DNA of 56,541 nucleotides, filler included, from Squatina squatina (Eukaryota), in NCBI GenBank assembly GCA_031763465.1. It is 3 parts of 3 records of this genome, joined end to end, with 100 filler letters (N's around TTAATTAATTAA, not from the genome) between each part and the next. Parts side by side here need not be neighbours in the genome. Positions count along the whole stretch, not along the records: positions 14,043 to 40,432 come from JARFOE010000046.1; positions 40,533 to 56,541 come from JARFOE010000222.1; 1 more part is not named here. One strand, given 5' to 3'. The notes below the pieces were generated by a model. That model did no database searches, had not been told where the DNA came from, and worked only from the letters and a program-made list of their open reading frames with translations. How positions within the stretch are numbered: position 1 is the first letter of the stretch; each line of letters starts with the position of its first letter. The position numbers and the translations under genes were made by a program. This document shows, piece by piece, positions 34,948 to 48,693 of the stretch.

Positions 34948-36343
34948 ATACCAGATACACACAGGCCTCCAACACTCCATCATTCGCCCGAGGCAGCCCA
35001 ACTGCCTGCCGCTCGATCAAGTGACCCTGCCCCAGAAGTTGCAGGAAGCCGGGTACTCCACGCACATGATTGGAAAATGGCACTTGGGGTTCTACAAGAA
35101 GGAGTGCCTGCCCACCAGGCGAGGCTTCGACACATTCTTTGGCACGCTGACTGGCAGCACGGACTACTACACGTACGACAACTGCGATGGCCCGGGGGTC
35201 TGCGGCTTTGACCTCCACGACGGCGAGAACGTAGCCTGGGAGTACAGCGGGAAATATTCCACCTCGCTCTACGCCCAGAAAGTGACCAAGATCTTGGCCT
35301 CGCACAGCCCCAAGGAGCCCGTGTTCATCTATGTGGCCTTCCAGGCGGTGCACACTCCGCTGCAGTCGCCGAAGGAGTACATTTATCAGTACAGGTCCTT
35401 CGGAAATGTGGCTCGGAGGAAGTACGCAGCCATGGTGACCTGCATGGATGAAGCCATCGGGAACATCACGCTCGCCCTCAAGAAATATGGCTATTACAAC
35501 AACAGCATCCTAATCTTCTCCACCGANNNNNNNNNNNNNNNNNNNNNNNNNNNNNNNNNNNNNNNNNNNNNNNNNNNNNNNNNNNNNNNNNNNNNNNNNN
35601 NNNNNNNNNNNNNNNNNNNNNNNNNNNNNNNNNNNNNNNNNNNNNNNNNNNNNNNNNNNNNNNNNNNNNNNNNNNNNNNNNNNNNNNNNNNNNNNNNNNN
35701 NNNNNNNNNNNNNNNNNNNNNNNNNNNNNNNNNNNNNNNNNNNNNNNNNNNNNNNNNNNNNNNNNNNNNNNNNNNNNNNNNNNNNNNNNNNNNNNNNNNN
35801 NNNNNNNNNNNNNNNNNNNNNNNNNNNNNNNNNNNNNNNNNNNNNNNNNNNNNNNNNNNNNNNNNNNNNNNNNNNNNNNNNNNNNNNNNNNNNNNNNNNN
35901 NNNNNNNNNNNNNNNNNNNNNNNNNNNNNNNNNNNNNNGACTGGATCCCGCCACAGAAGCTGCCCAACTTCCCGGGCAGCTGGTGGAACCTCGAGAGGCA
36001 GCGGGCGGGCCACCGGAAGTCGGTGTGGCTGTTCAACATCACGGCGGACCCTTACGAACGCCACGAGGTCTCCGGCAAACATCCCGGCGTGGTCAAAAGG
36101 CTGCTGGCCAGGTTGGCCTATTACGATGAAACCTCCATCCCAGTGCGGTACCCAGCCGAGGACCCCAGGGCTAACCCGGAACTCAACGGAGGGGCCTGGG
36201 GGCCCTGGGCGAGTGAGGACGATGAGGACCAGGGGGTGAAGGGGGTGGTGAAAAACAAGAGCAGGAAAAAATCTTGCAAGATCTGCAAGCTGAAATCGTT
36301 CTTTAAGAAACTAAACACAAGGATAATGTCCAACAGGATCTAG
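34948..36343 (+). CDS. ARSI: Arylsulfatase I, large last coding exon (412-N internal gap)
   Basis: ttttctccag| then [47 protein letters not shown]...; ARSI-specific end [20 protein letters not shown]. Confidence 0.95.
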
Positions 36344-36589
36344 CGAATGAGGACTGTGGAGAGATCACAGCAAGCTGGTTACTCATTGATTGACTCCACT
36401 GCATGAGTTACCTACTGTGTATAGCGGTGTGTAAGATAGATATTTAACTCTGTTTTGGGGGGCTGTAAGTGGAGGGTTGGTCTTATGTGATTCACTGGCG
36501 TTGTTGAAGGTGTGACTCTCTCTGGGGTATTTACCTCCCTGCTCCTGTCCATTCTGTGCTGCTTCTCCCTCACTCCCCTCTCAGGCCCT

Positions 36590-37887
36590 AATATTGGGAC
36601 TAAAAGGGTTAAATTATCAGGACAGGTTGCACAGACTACGCTGGTATTCCCTTGAGTGCAGAAGATTAAGGCAAAGTCTAATTGATGCATTTAGGCTGAT
36701 TAAAGGATATGATAGGGTAGATAGTGAGAAACTATTTCCTCGGGTTGGGGGAGTCCAGAACAAGGGTCAGAACCTTAAGATTAGAGCCAGGCTGTTCAGG
36801 GGTGATGTCAGGAAGCACTTCTTCACACAAAGNNNNNNNNNNNNNNNNNNNNNNNNNNNNNNNNNNNNNNNNNNNNNNNNNNNNNNNNNNNNNNNNNNNN
36901 NNNNNNNNNNNNNNNNNNNNNNNNNNNNNNNNGTATCATCCTTGTAAATCTTCTCTGCACCCTCTCCAGTGCCTCTATATCCTTTTTATAATATGGCGAC
37001 CAGAACTGTTTGTGGTACTCTAAGTGTGGTCTAACCAAGGTTCGATACAGGTTTAGCATAACTCCCCTACTCTTCAATCCTATAACTCTGGAAATAAACC
37101 TCAGTGCACAGTTTCCTTTTTTTTTAATGAACTTGCTAAACCTGTGTCGCAACTTTTAGTAATTTGTGTATTTGTACTCCGAGATCATTTGTTCCTCTAC
37201 CCCAGCTAGTCTCGCATCCTCCAAGTAATGTGACCTCCCTATTCTTCCTACCAAAATGTAATACCTCACATTTATCGGTGTTGAACTTCATTTGCCAATT
37301 CTATGCCCATTCTGCAAGTTTCTAAATGCCCCCCTGTAATTTGTTGGCAGTCCTCTTCAGTATTGACCATCGCCCCCAATTTGGTGTCATCACTGGAATC
37401 AAAGATTGGTAGGCAAAACTGTAATCAAAAAGGCCTTTAAAGAGATGGTTCGGGTACAGTCGAGGTACATTCCCACGAGGGGGAAAAATAGGGCAACCAA
37501 AGCCAGAGCTCCCTGGATGATGAAAGAGATAGAGATGAAGCAGAAAAAGGGGGCGTATGACAGACGTCAGGTTGAGAATACAAGTGAGAATCAGGCTGAA
37601 TATAAAAAATTCAGAGGAGAATTGAAAAAGGAAATAAGAGGGGTAAAGAGAGAGTATGAAAATAGACTGGCAGCCAACATAGGGAATTCAAAAGTCTTCT
37701 GTAGATATATAAATAATAAATGGGTAGTAAGAGAAGAGTTAAGGCCGATCAGGGACCAAAATGGAGACCTATGCATGGAGGCAGAGGGCATGGTTGAGGT
37801 ACCTTGGCTTGCCAGCAAAATTGAAGCACATGGAATAAAAGGAACAGTGGCAGCGTAGATATGAAATTGGCTAAGTGACAGGAAACA
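36590..37887. mobile_element. Mosaic of CR1 LINE fragments in both orientations
   Basis: [36 protein letters not shown] (-), GLKGLNYQDRL..YSLE.RRLR (+), YENRLA.NI..NSK.F.RYI (+). Confidence 0.88.
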
Positions 37888-38432
37888 NNNNNNNNNNNNN
37901 NNNNNNNNNNNNNNNNNNNNNNNNNNNNNNNNNNNNNNNNNNNNNNNNNNNNNNNNNNNNNNNNNNNNNNNNNNNNNNNNNNNNNNNATTACATTGATAT
38001 TTTCAAGTTGCACCTAATTTTCTTTTGTATATAGTATGCATGGGGTACAGGTCAAAGTAGTGCTGTCTGTGGTAACTCCATCTCCGGCCCACTATAGTTC
38101 AAGGCCCAAAATAATACTTGTTAAATAGGAAGGACCAAGACCTACCCAGGACCAAGGCCCAAGGCCGACAGTATAGGACATCACTAAGCTTGAAAAGAAG
38201 GCACGGCAGATCGGGAAGCTGTGATTCTTCAGTGCCTCTCTATTTTTGTAATACGGAGACCAAAGCCATGCTCAGCACTCCCAGTGAGGTTAATTTATGT
38301 TCCAGTAATTAATCTGCTGCTGCCTGAGCAGGTATTATTGCTGTGATATTGACATTGGTGTCAGAGCTGAAAATGGAGAAGCAATTAGCCCGGGGTGACT
38401 GGAATTTTCCTTGAATCAGTTCGAGAGTAAGT

Positions 38433-38695
38433 GACCGCGTGACGGAGACCGCGTGATGGAGACTGGGTGCTCGGTGAGAGACTGACTTTGTGACGCGTGA
38501 CGGGGACTGTGTGACGGAGACTGGGTGCTCGGTGAGAGACCGCGTGACGGAGACTGGGTGCTCGGTGAGAGACTGACTTTGTGGCGCGTGGCGGGGATCG
38601 TGTGATGGAGACTGTTTGACGGAGACTGGGTGCTCGGTGAGAGACCGCGTGACGGAGACCACGTGACGGAGACTGAATGCTCGGTGAGAGACTGT
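38433..38695 (+). repeat. Modular minisatellite (GTGACGGAGAC and TGGGTGCTCGGTGAGAGAC units)
   Basis: Five TG..TGCTCGGTGAGAGAC modules interleaved with GTGACGGAGAC variants. Confidence 0.85.
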
Positions 38696-38712
38696 CACTT
38701 TGTTTTGGGCAG

Positions 38713-38866
38713 GTCCCATCTACATCATCACCGAATACTGTCGCCATGGCGACCTAGTGGATTACCTGTACAGGAACAAGCACACCTTCCTACAGCACTA
38801 CGCCGACAAAGCACGGACAGAGTCAAATACAGTCATCACAAACTCCTACAACGAGAGGCTGAAAAG
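38713..38866 (+). CDS. PDGFRB: PDGFRB kinase exon leading into the kinase insert
   Basis: gggcag|...|gtaacg; encodes (G)[40 protein letters not shown] is PDGFRB-type. Co-oriented downstream of ARSI as in human. This frame is not in the ORF track. Confidence 0.92.
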
Positions 38867-40432
38867 GTAACGTTAGTGGCTCCTATACCCTTACAACAAC
38901 AACTTGTGTTTATATAGCGCTTTAAAATAGTAAATCGCCCCAAGGCACTTCACAGGAGTGTTACCAAACAAAATTTGACACCGAGCCACATAAGCTGGTT
39001 GGGGATTCGAGGACTAGGGGAAAGAGTCCAAAAATTAGAGCCAGACCTTTCAGGAGTGAAATTAGGAAACACTTCTACACACAAAGGGTGGGAGAAGTTT
39101 GGAACTNNNNNNNNNNNNNNNNNNNNNNNNNNNNNNNNNNNNNNNNNNNNNNNNNNNNNNNNNNNNNNNNNNNNNNNNNNNNNNNNNNNNNNNNNNNNNN
39201 NNNNNNACATCATCTTGTGGCAGCGTGTCGAGGCCTTAGTTGTCTAATTCTGGCCTCAGGAGCATCCCCGATTTTATTCGCTCCACAATTGGTGGCCGTG
39301 CCTTCAGCTGCCTGGGTCCTAAGCTCTCGAATTCCCCCTCTAAACCTCTCCGCCTCTTCTTTAAGACACTTCTCATAACCTACCTCTTTGACCACTGCCC
39401 TAATTTTTCCTTATGTGGCTCAGTGTCAAAAATTTGTTTTATAATGCTCCTGTGAACCGCCTTGGGACATTTACAATATGAAAGGCACTATAGAAATACA
39501 TGTGTTGTTCGTGAAGGGCACCAGCCAGCCTGGGCTGGTGCATGCCACGTGGTGGGGCAGGAGAGGCTTGAGAGAGATTCGGTCTCGGCTTAAAATTCTG
39601 GATGGGAAACTGAATAACATCTGAGGAAAATGCAGCAAAAATGGCAGAAACGCATGGGGGGAAAAAAAGGCACCGTATACAGCCTGCTTGACACAAAGAA
39701 TTTATATATCTGTGTTTAAACTACACATACAGATTTTACCCGAATTACATTTACAAAAGGTAAAGATTATCTAAGTTAAAAGGAGCAATATATTCCTTTG
39801 CTTAAAAAATGCGATACTTGTATCTGAAACCTTTCAACAGGTTGGAGTAGAAATTACTCGTCAAAACTTTGTAACCACTAGTTTGTACTACCTGGCAGAA
39901 CAGGGTTAAACTGCAGAACTGAAACATTACATGGGGTGGGAGGTCATTGAACCTGATTGAAGAGTTAATTGATCAGCTTCTGGAGAGTGAAGGGAAGCAG
40001 GCAGATGAGGTGGGGACAATTAAAACCTGTTTCTTGGGAATATGCAGCATATTCTGGACAATCTTAAATTAATTTTAAGATTAGACTTTTTAAATCTCAG
40101 TGACTTCAAAATCAGGTTTGGCCATAGGTATTTTCCCCCACCAGAATTACAGCTTTAAAAGTTCTCGTGGTGTGGGATAAAGTCTGACATTACAGCCGAA
40201 TACAAAATGGTTAGGCAGAGCGAGTAAAGTCAATACAATCATCAAGTGCAGAGTTAAGACTTTCAAAAAATCATAGCAAGAAATGCAGTTTTTTAAAACT
40301 ATAAAATGTAAAATATTACAGACAAAGACCTAAATAATTTTACCAATTTTTCTTTTATAAAAATGTAAACATTTATATACACACACAATTTGACTGACTT
40401 AAACATTGCTTGTGTCTCCAGAATGAACCCCT

Positions 40433-40532
40433 NNNNNNNNNNNNNNNNNNNNNNNNNNNNNNNNNNNNNNNNNNNNTTAATTAATTAANNNNNNNNNNNN
40501 NNNNNNNNNNNNNNNNNNNNNNNNNNNNNNNN
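40433..40532. other. Artificial scaffold linker N44-TTAATTAATTAA-N44
   Basis: Same structure as 13943-14042. Confidence 0.95.
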
Positions 40533-41489
40533 TGGGGCTATGTCTGTAGCTTATCTGTGATTTTTGGGGCAAATAGATCAAAGAGGCCACTATATCAGGC
40601 AGGTTGCAGCTCACAATGTTGCAATGACCCTTTCAGTGATACCTTTGTGGTGCCCTGCTCTCCATGCTTCGCACTCTTGGGCCATCATTTTCAATTCAAG
40701 TTTGCAGTATATCTAAAAGCCTTCATTTCATATGATCAATAAGTTTGTGGTACAGCATAATAAATGATGCACTTGCTGATCAAATGGAAAGTAAATTATT
40801 AAGTTTACCTGTCATCCTATTTGTGCTTTATTGTTATATAGTTCATACATAAAAGTGTAGTTCTAATTATTTCAGCGACAAAGGGCATCGTTGTATTAGC
40901 CTTTAGGTAATTTAACTTAAACCACAAAGAAAATTGTATTTCCCAGTCCAGAATAGATGAAAACTAAAAGTTTTCTCTGCAGGATTTTCCATTAACACAG
41001 GATGCATGACTTAAAAATATATATTTTTTTTAAAAACGAGGTTAATGGCATTTCCATGGCATTGTTCTGCTTCTTGCAATTATGCATCTGGCTCATTAGA
41101 AGACTTACATTTACAGGGTTTTTTTGGTTGAATAAGTAAATATAGAGGGAGGCTTTATGCATCAAACTCAACAGGCAGCTTAATGCAGGTAGACTGTATT
41201 TCATGAAGATAGCAAAATCAGGACTATGTCTACTTACGGCTTGGGTGAGTGGAAGGCAACTTGGCAAGATCAATCTTTCCTCCTAATTTTAATGAGCTTT
41301 TTGTGGATACAAAAATGGGAGCAGGGTGTCTAGCTAGCAGCCTGATTGCCTGGAGGGTGGGAAATCCGGAAGGCAGCCAATCTTGGCTTGCCATTAAAGG
41401 GAAGGGGAAGTTTTGTTTTGGCTAATCTCTTGCTTCCAATAGACGAACACTGAGCAGTAATGAAAAGTCAACAGAGTTGCATAAAGAAA

Positions 41490-41940
41490 GATGTGCACTA
41501 TACAGCGCCTTTCATGACCTTAGGACATCCCACAAAGTGCATTACAGCCAATGATGTACTTTTGAAGTGTTGTCTCTGTAGGTACCACGGCAGCCAATTG
41601 CACACAGCAAACTCCCACAAACGGCAATATGATAATGACCAGATGATCTAATTTAGTGATGTTGATTGAAGCATAAATATTGGCCAGGACACTGGGAATA
41701 ACTCCCCTGCTCTTCTTCAGAGTAGTGCCATGGGATCTTTTACGTCCACCTAACGTTTCATCCGAAAGACAGCATACTCCTATAGTGTAGCACCCTCAGT
41801 ACTGCACTGGAGTGCCAGCCTAGATTTTTGTGCTCAAGTCTCTGGAGACGTTTCAAAACTCTCAAGTTTCTGAGACTTGAATCCACAACCTTCTGGCTTG
41901 GAGGCGAGAGTGCTGCCCACTGAGCCACGGCTGACACTCC
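41490..41940 (-). mobile_element. Deu-domain SINE, near full length
   Basis: Minus strand begins gtgtcagccgtggctcagtgggcagcactctcgcctc...gtggattcaagtc (tRNA-like A/B boxes), followed by the Deu core and an L2-like tail. Confidence 0.8.
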
Positions 41941-44900
41941 ACCAGAGAAACAAAGGCACTTTATTTACATGGGACAAGCAGGCAGAAGTTCCACTTTGGA
42001 CACATCTATGGCATTTCCCTGCCCATGTCACCTGGAAACCTACCCAGGTGTGGGGCGAATGTGATTGAGAGTTCTCCCAGGTCCCACTCAACCTTGACCA
42101 TGGCGCTCTCGGCCCCNNNNNNNNNNNNNNNNNNNNNNNNNNNNNNNNNNNNNNNNNNNNNNNNNNNNNNNNNNNNNNNNNNNNNNNNNNNNNNNNNNNN
42201 NNNNNNNNNNNNNNNNTGTCAATACATTACCCCCAAGTATGCATTCCTGATTTTGTAGACAGTGCATCTACATGTTGAACAAATTACTCAGTATGGACTC
42301 ACAGGCAGAAGTCAGGACTTTCTGCATCAGCTTTTTCTCTCGCTTTTATTCATAGATCCATTTTTGAGGTATAGAAATTCTCATAGAAGTACTATACATT
42401 AATGGACAGTTTTTATAGCACACTCTATTGACTTTGCATTCCATTTTATGTCTGCATTTTCACTAAAATGATCAAATATAAGAAAATGTGGTCCTTTATA
42501 CTAAACAGTGGAACCACAAAAAAAGTACCTCATGCTTTTCTGAGAATGTACAAACTGCCCAAGTTCAACCTAGCAGATATATTACAGCACCACAGAGAAG
42601 AAAGTGGAAACAACCTTGAGGAAATACTTAAGTGCAGCTTCTATGTCTCAGTACACTTGAAGTACTACATACTTTACGTATGCCACCTGGTCATTTTATA
42701 AGCTACTGGATACACTTTCTATGAAGCTTAAGGCTGACAGAATTAGGCCTAGGGTATCATTTCAGGAGATTAAATATTTAACTACTGTGTGATACAGGCC
42801 TTTGATAGTCTCAAGGTTGCAATTGGAGATATGGCAGCAGGTGTGGTAAACGGAAGCACTAATGGATTTAAAGTCCAATTAACTACATTGCTTTTTCATA
42901 GAGCGAACCTCTCTGGGTTCATCTTAAGCCTTTTAACATGCTTAGGTCATGTAAGAATCCTGTACTGCAAAACAAAAGCCAGAATCCAAAGTACTGCTGC
43001 TTTTGGCATCAGACATCTCCAGAGACTCCTCAAACTAAGCTACAGCATTGCTTTTATGGAGGATAAACACTAATATGGACTGGTTGTGCTAACAGACTGC
43101 TTTCATGTTGTAATTTCTATGTAATCCTATGTAAAATATGCAAGACATTCAGATGGACTGCTGGCAGGCTTTATTGCAATGCTGTGCACTAATACATTTA
43201 GGCCATTGTCTGTACGTTAGACAATTTAGTCACTCAATGTGTCAATACATTGTTACTGCACACACAAAATACGCAATAGCTTTGCTCTTTATGTAACTAT
43301 GAAGAGTATGCAGTTATTGCATTTCATTCATTACAGGAGACAGATTTTCAGCCCTTCCAACAACAGAAANNNNNNNNNNNNNNNNNNNNNNNNNNNNNNN
43401 NNNNNNNNNNNNNNNNNNNNNNNNNNNNNNNNNNNNNNNNNNNNNNNNNNNNNNNNNNNNNNNNNNNNNTGACTACTCTGTGTTTGGCTACGAGCTAACC
43501 AGTGGTAAGTCAACAGTAAAAATATATATATATATATATTTAATACTGATCTCTAATCCAGGTGTAAAGACAATTTTAAGTAGAAGAACGCGACATTATT
43601 GGTTCTGATAACTAAATGGAAACAGAAACCAGATTTTAAAAAAATGGAACAAACTGGTTAATATGATTAATTGTACAAAAGCAAAAAAAATTCTAATTAT
43701 CGTTTACATATCCCATATCATTGTTGTAATATAGAACACAGCAGCTGTTGAGTACTTCTATTAGTTTTAAACCAAAACTCTTGTCATAATTGTATTTAAC
43801 TATACTCTTCGGGTAGTGTATTAACTTGACTGCCTCATGAAACCGCAATAAGTAATTCTGTTTAGCGAACAGCTGCAATGGGCTGTTGCGGAGGTCATTA
43901 TGTAGCTTGATCAGAATGTCCCCATGTGGTTTCTGTTAACTTTCTCAACAAGCTTTTTAACCCTGATCAAGTGTCCGTAGTGTGATGCTAAACGTTTCAG
44001 AACATGAAAACAAAATTTTGTAAGGAAGCTGAAGGAAACAGTTCAAGGGAGTTTTTAATGTAAATAAACGGGTACTTTTCATACAGAAACGGATTTTTTT
44101 CAGCCAGATTGCAATATAGGAAAACAGCATGTACAGTTTTAAAAACCTACAGGGTATTGATGGCACTTGTATTTTATAAATTCACGCTATCCTTTTTGCA
44201 CAGCGAACGTTTTTCTTTCTGTAGGGTGCAATTGCCGAATTTCTTATTTAGTATAAACTGCCTTGATTTTAATAGAGCAATCAATATATCTAATATTTAA
44301 AATAAAGGTATAACGACACAATTATTACTTATAATCTACATAAAGTGTGATTAATTTAGCTTTTAATACAATAGAGAAATGTAAGGCAATCGAGGCATTT
44401 TCGGACAGATAACAAGCGGCGAAGTTCGTTAACTATTTTGTAAGCTTGCTAGGTTACACCCAAAAAAGCTGCCTTTCCTATCGTTCATAATCTCACTAAA
44501 GGTTGCATTTATGTGCGCGGTTCAGTGCGCAGCCCGCAGCTGGGGAAAGGGAATAATGAACATGCACGTTAAGTTTGATCCGTATCATTGTACAGCATTG
44601 TGTGCGCAGTTTGCACAGGAAGTAACCCGACCATATTTCAGGAAAAATGGAAATGAGGATTTGCAGGCAAGCCGACGTCCTTAGTACCTGCCGCCCACTT
44701 GGTCGCAACAATGTAAACCAGAACCATAAAAGTGAGCCGATAAGGATTTATCATTTGTTAAATATTCATACAGGAAAGCACGGCAACCTACTCACCCAAC
44801 ACGTGTATTGTACTGGGAGTCTTCGGCTGACTGACTGCGGTTCGCGCCTACGCGATGCTTGTTTAAGTGTTGGCAACTCGGCTCCAGACTGGCGCCGCAG

Positions 44901-45268
44901 AGCGCGGGAATGGGGTCCCGGGTCCCGGCTCGTGCCGCAGTCAGACTTCTGCAGCAAGTTACTCTTTTGAGCAAAAACTATACCAGCTTCTTTATTAGTG
45001 GTGCGTCGAAAAATTATAGCTTTTTTTTTCAAAGCTTAAAAAGTGTTTTTTTAGCAAAAAAAACTAAATGTTACATTTAATTTTCAGTGTGGAGGGGGTT
45101 ATATTTGTACATCTACACAGTCTCGTGCAGTGTGCAAATGTTACAAGAGGCGCGCACGGGCCTGAAAATTCCAATGATGATTGTGTGATGGTTATTATTA
45201 GAGAAGCTGCTCCTTCCCTGCAGTAACGGCGTGCACTGTCTCTCTCTCTACCCCACCTCGGTGTGCAG

Positions 45269-45564
45269 GTACGAAAGAGAGCGCCTTCATCCAGGCGCTG
45301 ATGGCGGCGGGGCTCGTGCACTCGGTGACGCGGGCGTGCAGCGCGGGAAACCTCAGCGAGTGCTCGTGCGACACCAGCCTGCGGAGCGGCGGCTCGGCCG
45401 GCGAGGGCTGGCACTGGGGCGGCTGCTCGGACGACATCCAGTACGGCGTGGCGCTCAGCAGGAAGTTCATCGACGGGGCGGACAAGCCGTCGGCCGGCGA
45501 GATCGGCGGGGAAAAAGAAGCGCGGGCCACCATGATCCTGCACAACCACGAGGCCGGCCGGCAG
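45269..45564 (+). CDS. WNT16: WNT16 exon 3
   Basis: gtgcag|...cag|gtacag; encodes (G)[49 protein letters not shown]...HNHEAGRQ. Confidence 0.94.
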
Positions 45565-46659
45565 GTACAGTAAGGGGGACCCAGGCACTCAGCTGCAGCC
45601 ACATGGCACCAGGGACATCGTGCAGTAGGCTATGCATCTGGCTTATAATAAAAGTACACGAGGAATCAGGAACGCAATTGTTATCTGATGAAAGGGCGCC
45701 ATTTCCCAAAGTCTGCACATTTTAGCTCCTACCAGCAATTCACATCGGTCGTGTTCTGCCCCGAGGCAGGTCCTAACTCAAGTCTCAGACATGAGACTGT
45801 TGAGCCACTTACTAGGGAAGAGTGGGTCAATCCTGTTGGCTTCCTCAAGGTTTTTTTTTCCCATCTTGTGAGTATCTTCTCCGGGGTGGCCTGCAATCAA
45901 TGCTAAAGAGCCCCACCTCCCTTTTTATAAGGTTGGGCACCCATAAGATGTAAGTTAACCCATTATTCAGAGCATGTGTGCCTGCTATCTGAAATAGGAC
46001 CCCAGCCCCTCAGCCGCGAATATACCACTGATTCAGCGGTCACTCCTTCCAGCCTCGAGTCGCCCACTCTGGCTGTCAACCCAATAGTTAGAGACGATAT
46101 TCTGGTCTCCACAGGCATGTATGACTGGGGCTGGAATCCTTTCGCCGTCTGACTCAGAGGCGGGAATGCTACCACTAAGCCAAAGGCTCGCTGATTAGAT
46201 CTGTGTTGAGTCATTTCACCCAGCAGTATGGAGGGAAAATCAGAGTCGACATGCCTGGGCATCTCCTGCTGGCCATAAAAGGCATTGGCAGAGGGTTGAG
46301 AGCAGGCTGTGTGTGAGCCCCTTTTGGCTGCAGACCAGGTCGATGCAACAGAAATAAAGAAACGATGGAACGATGAACTGTGGCAGAGGACGACTTCACT
46401 CAACACAATCCAGGCTTTCCAACTTCTGAACCCAGAGTGAAGGCACCGGAACTCCATATAAACACAATTATAATGTCCTTGACATGCCTTATTTGTGCCA
46501 GTCAAATCACACTTGCGAGAGCGATTTAGATATATAGACAAACAGAACTAGACAGAGACATGTAGACAGACATATAGATATGCATATAGACAGCCAGTTA
46601 GATATAGATACGGATAGTGATAGAATTTGATAGATAGGAGACAGAACTACATTGAGTCT

Positions 46660-47300
46660 ACAGCACAGAAACAAGCCATTCTGAATCAGAACGTCCAACT
46701 GGTTTAAGCTCCACATGAGCCTCCTCCCACCGTATTTCATCTAAACCTGTCAGCATATCTTTCCATTCCTTACTTCTTCAACTTATCCATCTTCCCCTTA
46801 AAGGCATCTGTGCTATTCACTTCAAACCCTCTGTGGTAGCGAATTCCACATCTCACCACTCTCTGGATAAAGAAGTTTCTCCTGAATTCCTTATTGGATT
46901 ATTGGTGACTAGCTTCTGTGTACAGCCTCTAGTTTTGGACTCCCCAACAAATGGAAGCATTTTCCCCATGTCTACCCTGTCAAACACTTTCACAATCTTA
47001 AAGATCTCTCATCCTTCGCTTTTCTAGAGTATAACGCCTCAGCCCGTTTAATCTTTCCTGATAGGTATAATCTCTCAGTTCTGGTATCATCCTTGTAAAT
47101 CTTTTTTTAACACTTTTGCCAATACTTCCATATCCTTTTTACAACGTGGAGACCAGAACTGTGCACAATACTCCAAGTGCGGTCTCACCAAAGTTCCATA
47201 CAAATTTAACATAACTTCTCTACTATTCAATCCTAACCCTGTAGAAATCAACCTCAGCGCTTTTTTATGGGTTTATTAACCTGGGACGCTACTTTCAATT
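46660..47300 (-). mobile_element. CR1 LINE 3' fragment
   Basis: Reverse complement encodes [19 protein letters not shown]; similar to 36933-37150. Confidence 0.85.
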
Positions 47301-48400
47301 ATATAGAGACAACAAAAGCGAAATACTGCGGATGCTGGAATCTAGAATACAAACAAAAATTGCTGGAATTATATACAGCAGATAGCTAGACAGTTAAATA
47401 GATAGAGACGAATAGTCAGATAGATATGGCTAAGACAGGAAGACACACACGAGTTGACACAGCGACCCTTCGCAGCTAACAGGACATCGGTTCTTGAACT
47501 ATTGTTGTCTGACCGCAATTAGGAACAGGACCCTAAAAACACACAAACAGGTTCAATTTCCATCCATAAACTATATCGAGAGTCTTGTTCTGAAGCCGGC
47601 TCATATACTGCCGAGTCCAAATATCAAATGTAAGGCAGAGAGCGGCGGGCTTTAAGAGACAAGTGCAAGGGCTGAACAATGGGGCGTTTGTTGGGGGCGG
47701 TGGTGCTTTAAAGGAGGCTTCACAAGAGTGTCAGGGCTAAGAATAGCGGGCCAATGGGCTAGCCGCTGTGGAGAGCCCGATCACCGAGCTGCGAGGACAC
47801 GGCACAGGCAAGTGGAGCTGAGCTCCAGTTACAACTGGCCAATACGCCTCCAGTCCTTTCCCCAAGCCCGGAGCAGCAAGATTTAAAACCGAATCACAGC
47901 CCAGCAGATCCCAGGACGGTCCCTAGGCGGTGATCCAGTACCAGAGTCAGAGTCAATCAAGAGAGATGTTACAACTGGCCTCTGCATTCCTGGGCTCAGG
48001 AGGGGGGCAGCGGGGTTATCAACCAGGTCCCTGCCCGGATCCATATCCGGTGACACCTCTGAAAGTGAGGATGTGTGGATCTACTACAACAAAAGGTTCC
48101 AGCCCCAACTGTGATGCCCTCCTTGGCCAAGCAACCCGCTGACCCTCACAAAGAATGGGCAAGCGCACGAGGCACCATAGGGCAGCTGGCCCTCGAGGAA
48201 GCCTGTACCCCAACACGGGTCAAGAGGAGAGAGAAAAAAAAAATAAAACCAGCTACCCAGCACCCTGCCCAGCCACTCGACCCATCCCAGCACAGGCACA
48301 ATGGGCCGAATGGCCTCTTGCTGTAATGTATGATTCTACGATTTAAATTAAACACCCAACTTTTCCCCAGAAACAGGCTGCAAAGACCCAAGACACTCAC

Positions 48401-48587
48401 CATGAAGAACTGGCAGAGGGTGATGTGGGGGAAGATGTTGTGAGCCTTGTTTTTGCCACACACTTGTCGCGACTGATGCCAGTACTCAAACAGCTTGCTT
48501 GCTAGTGGTCCAGTGGGCCGCAGGTACAGGACATATTCTCGAGGAAGAGGGTCATCCAGGAAGGGGTCGTCCACATGTGAAAACAGC
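48401..48587 (-). CDS. UBASH3B: UBASH3B (STS-1) internal exon (187 nt)
   Basis: tgtcag|...|gtgagt; encodes LFSHVDDPFLDDPLPREYVLYLRPTGPLASKLFEYWHQSRQVCGKNKAHNIFPHITLCQFFM. Confidence 0.92.
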
Positions 48588-48693
48588 CTGACANNNNNNN
48601 NNNNNNNNNNNNNNNNNNNNNNNNNNNNNNNNNNNNNNNNNNNNNNNNNNNNNNNNNNNNNNNNNNNNNNNNNNNNNNNNNNNNNNNNNNNNN

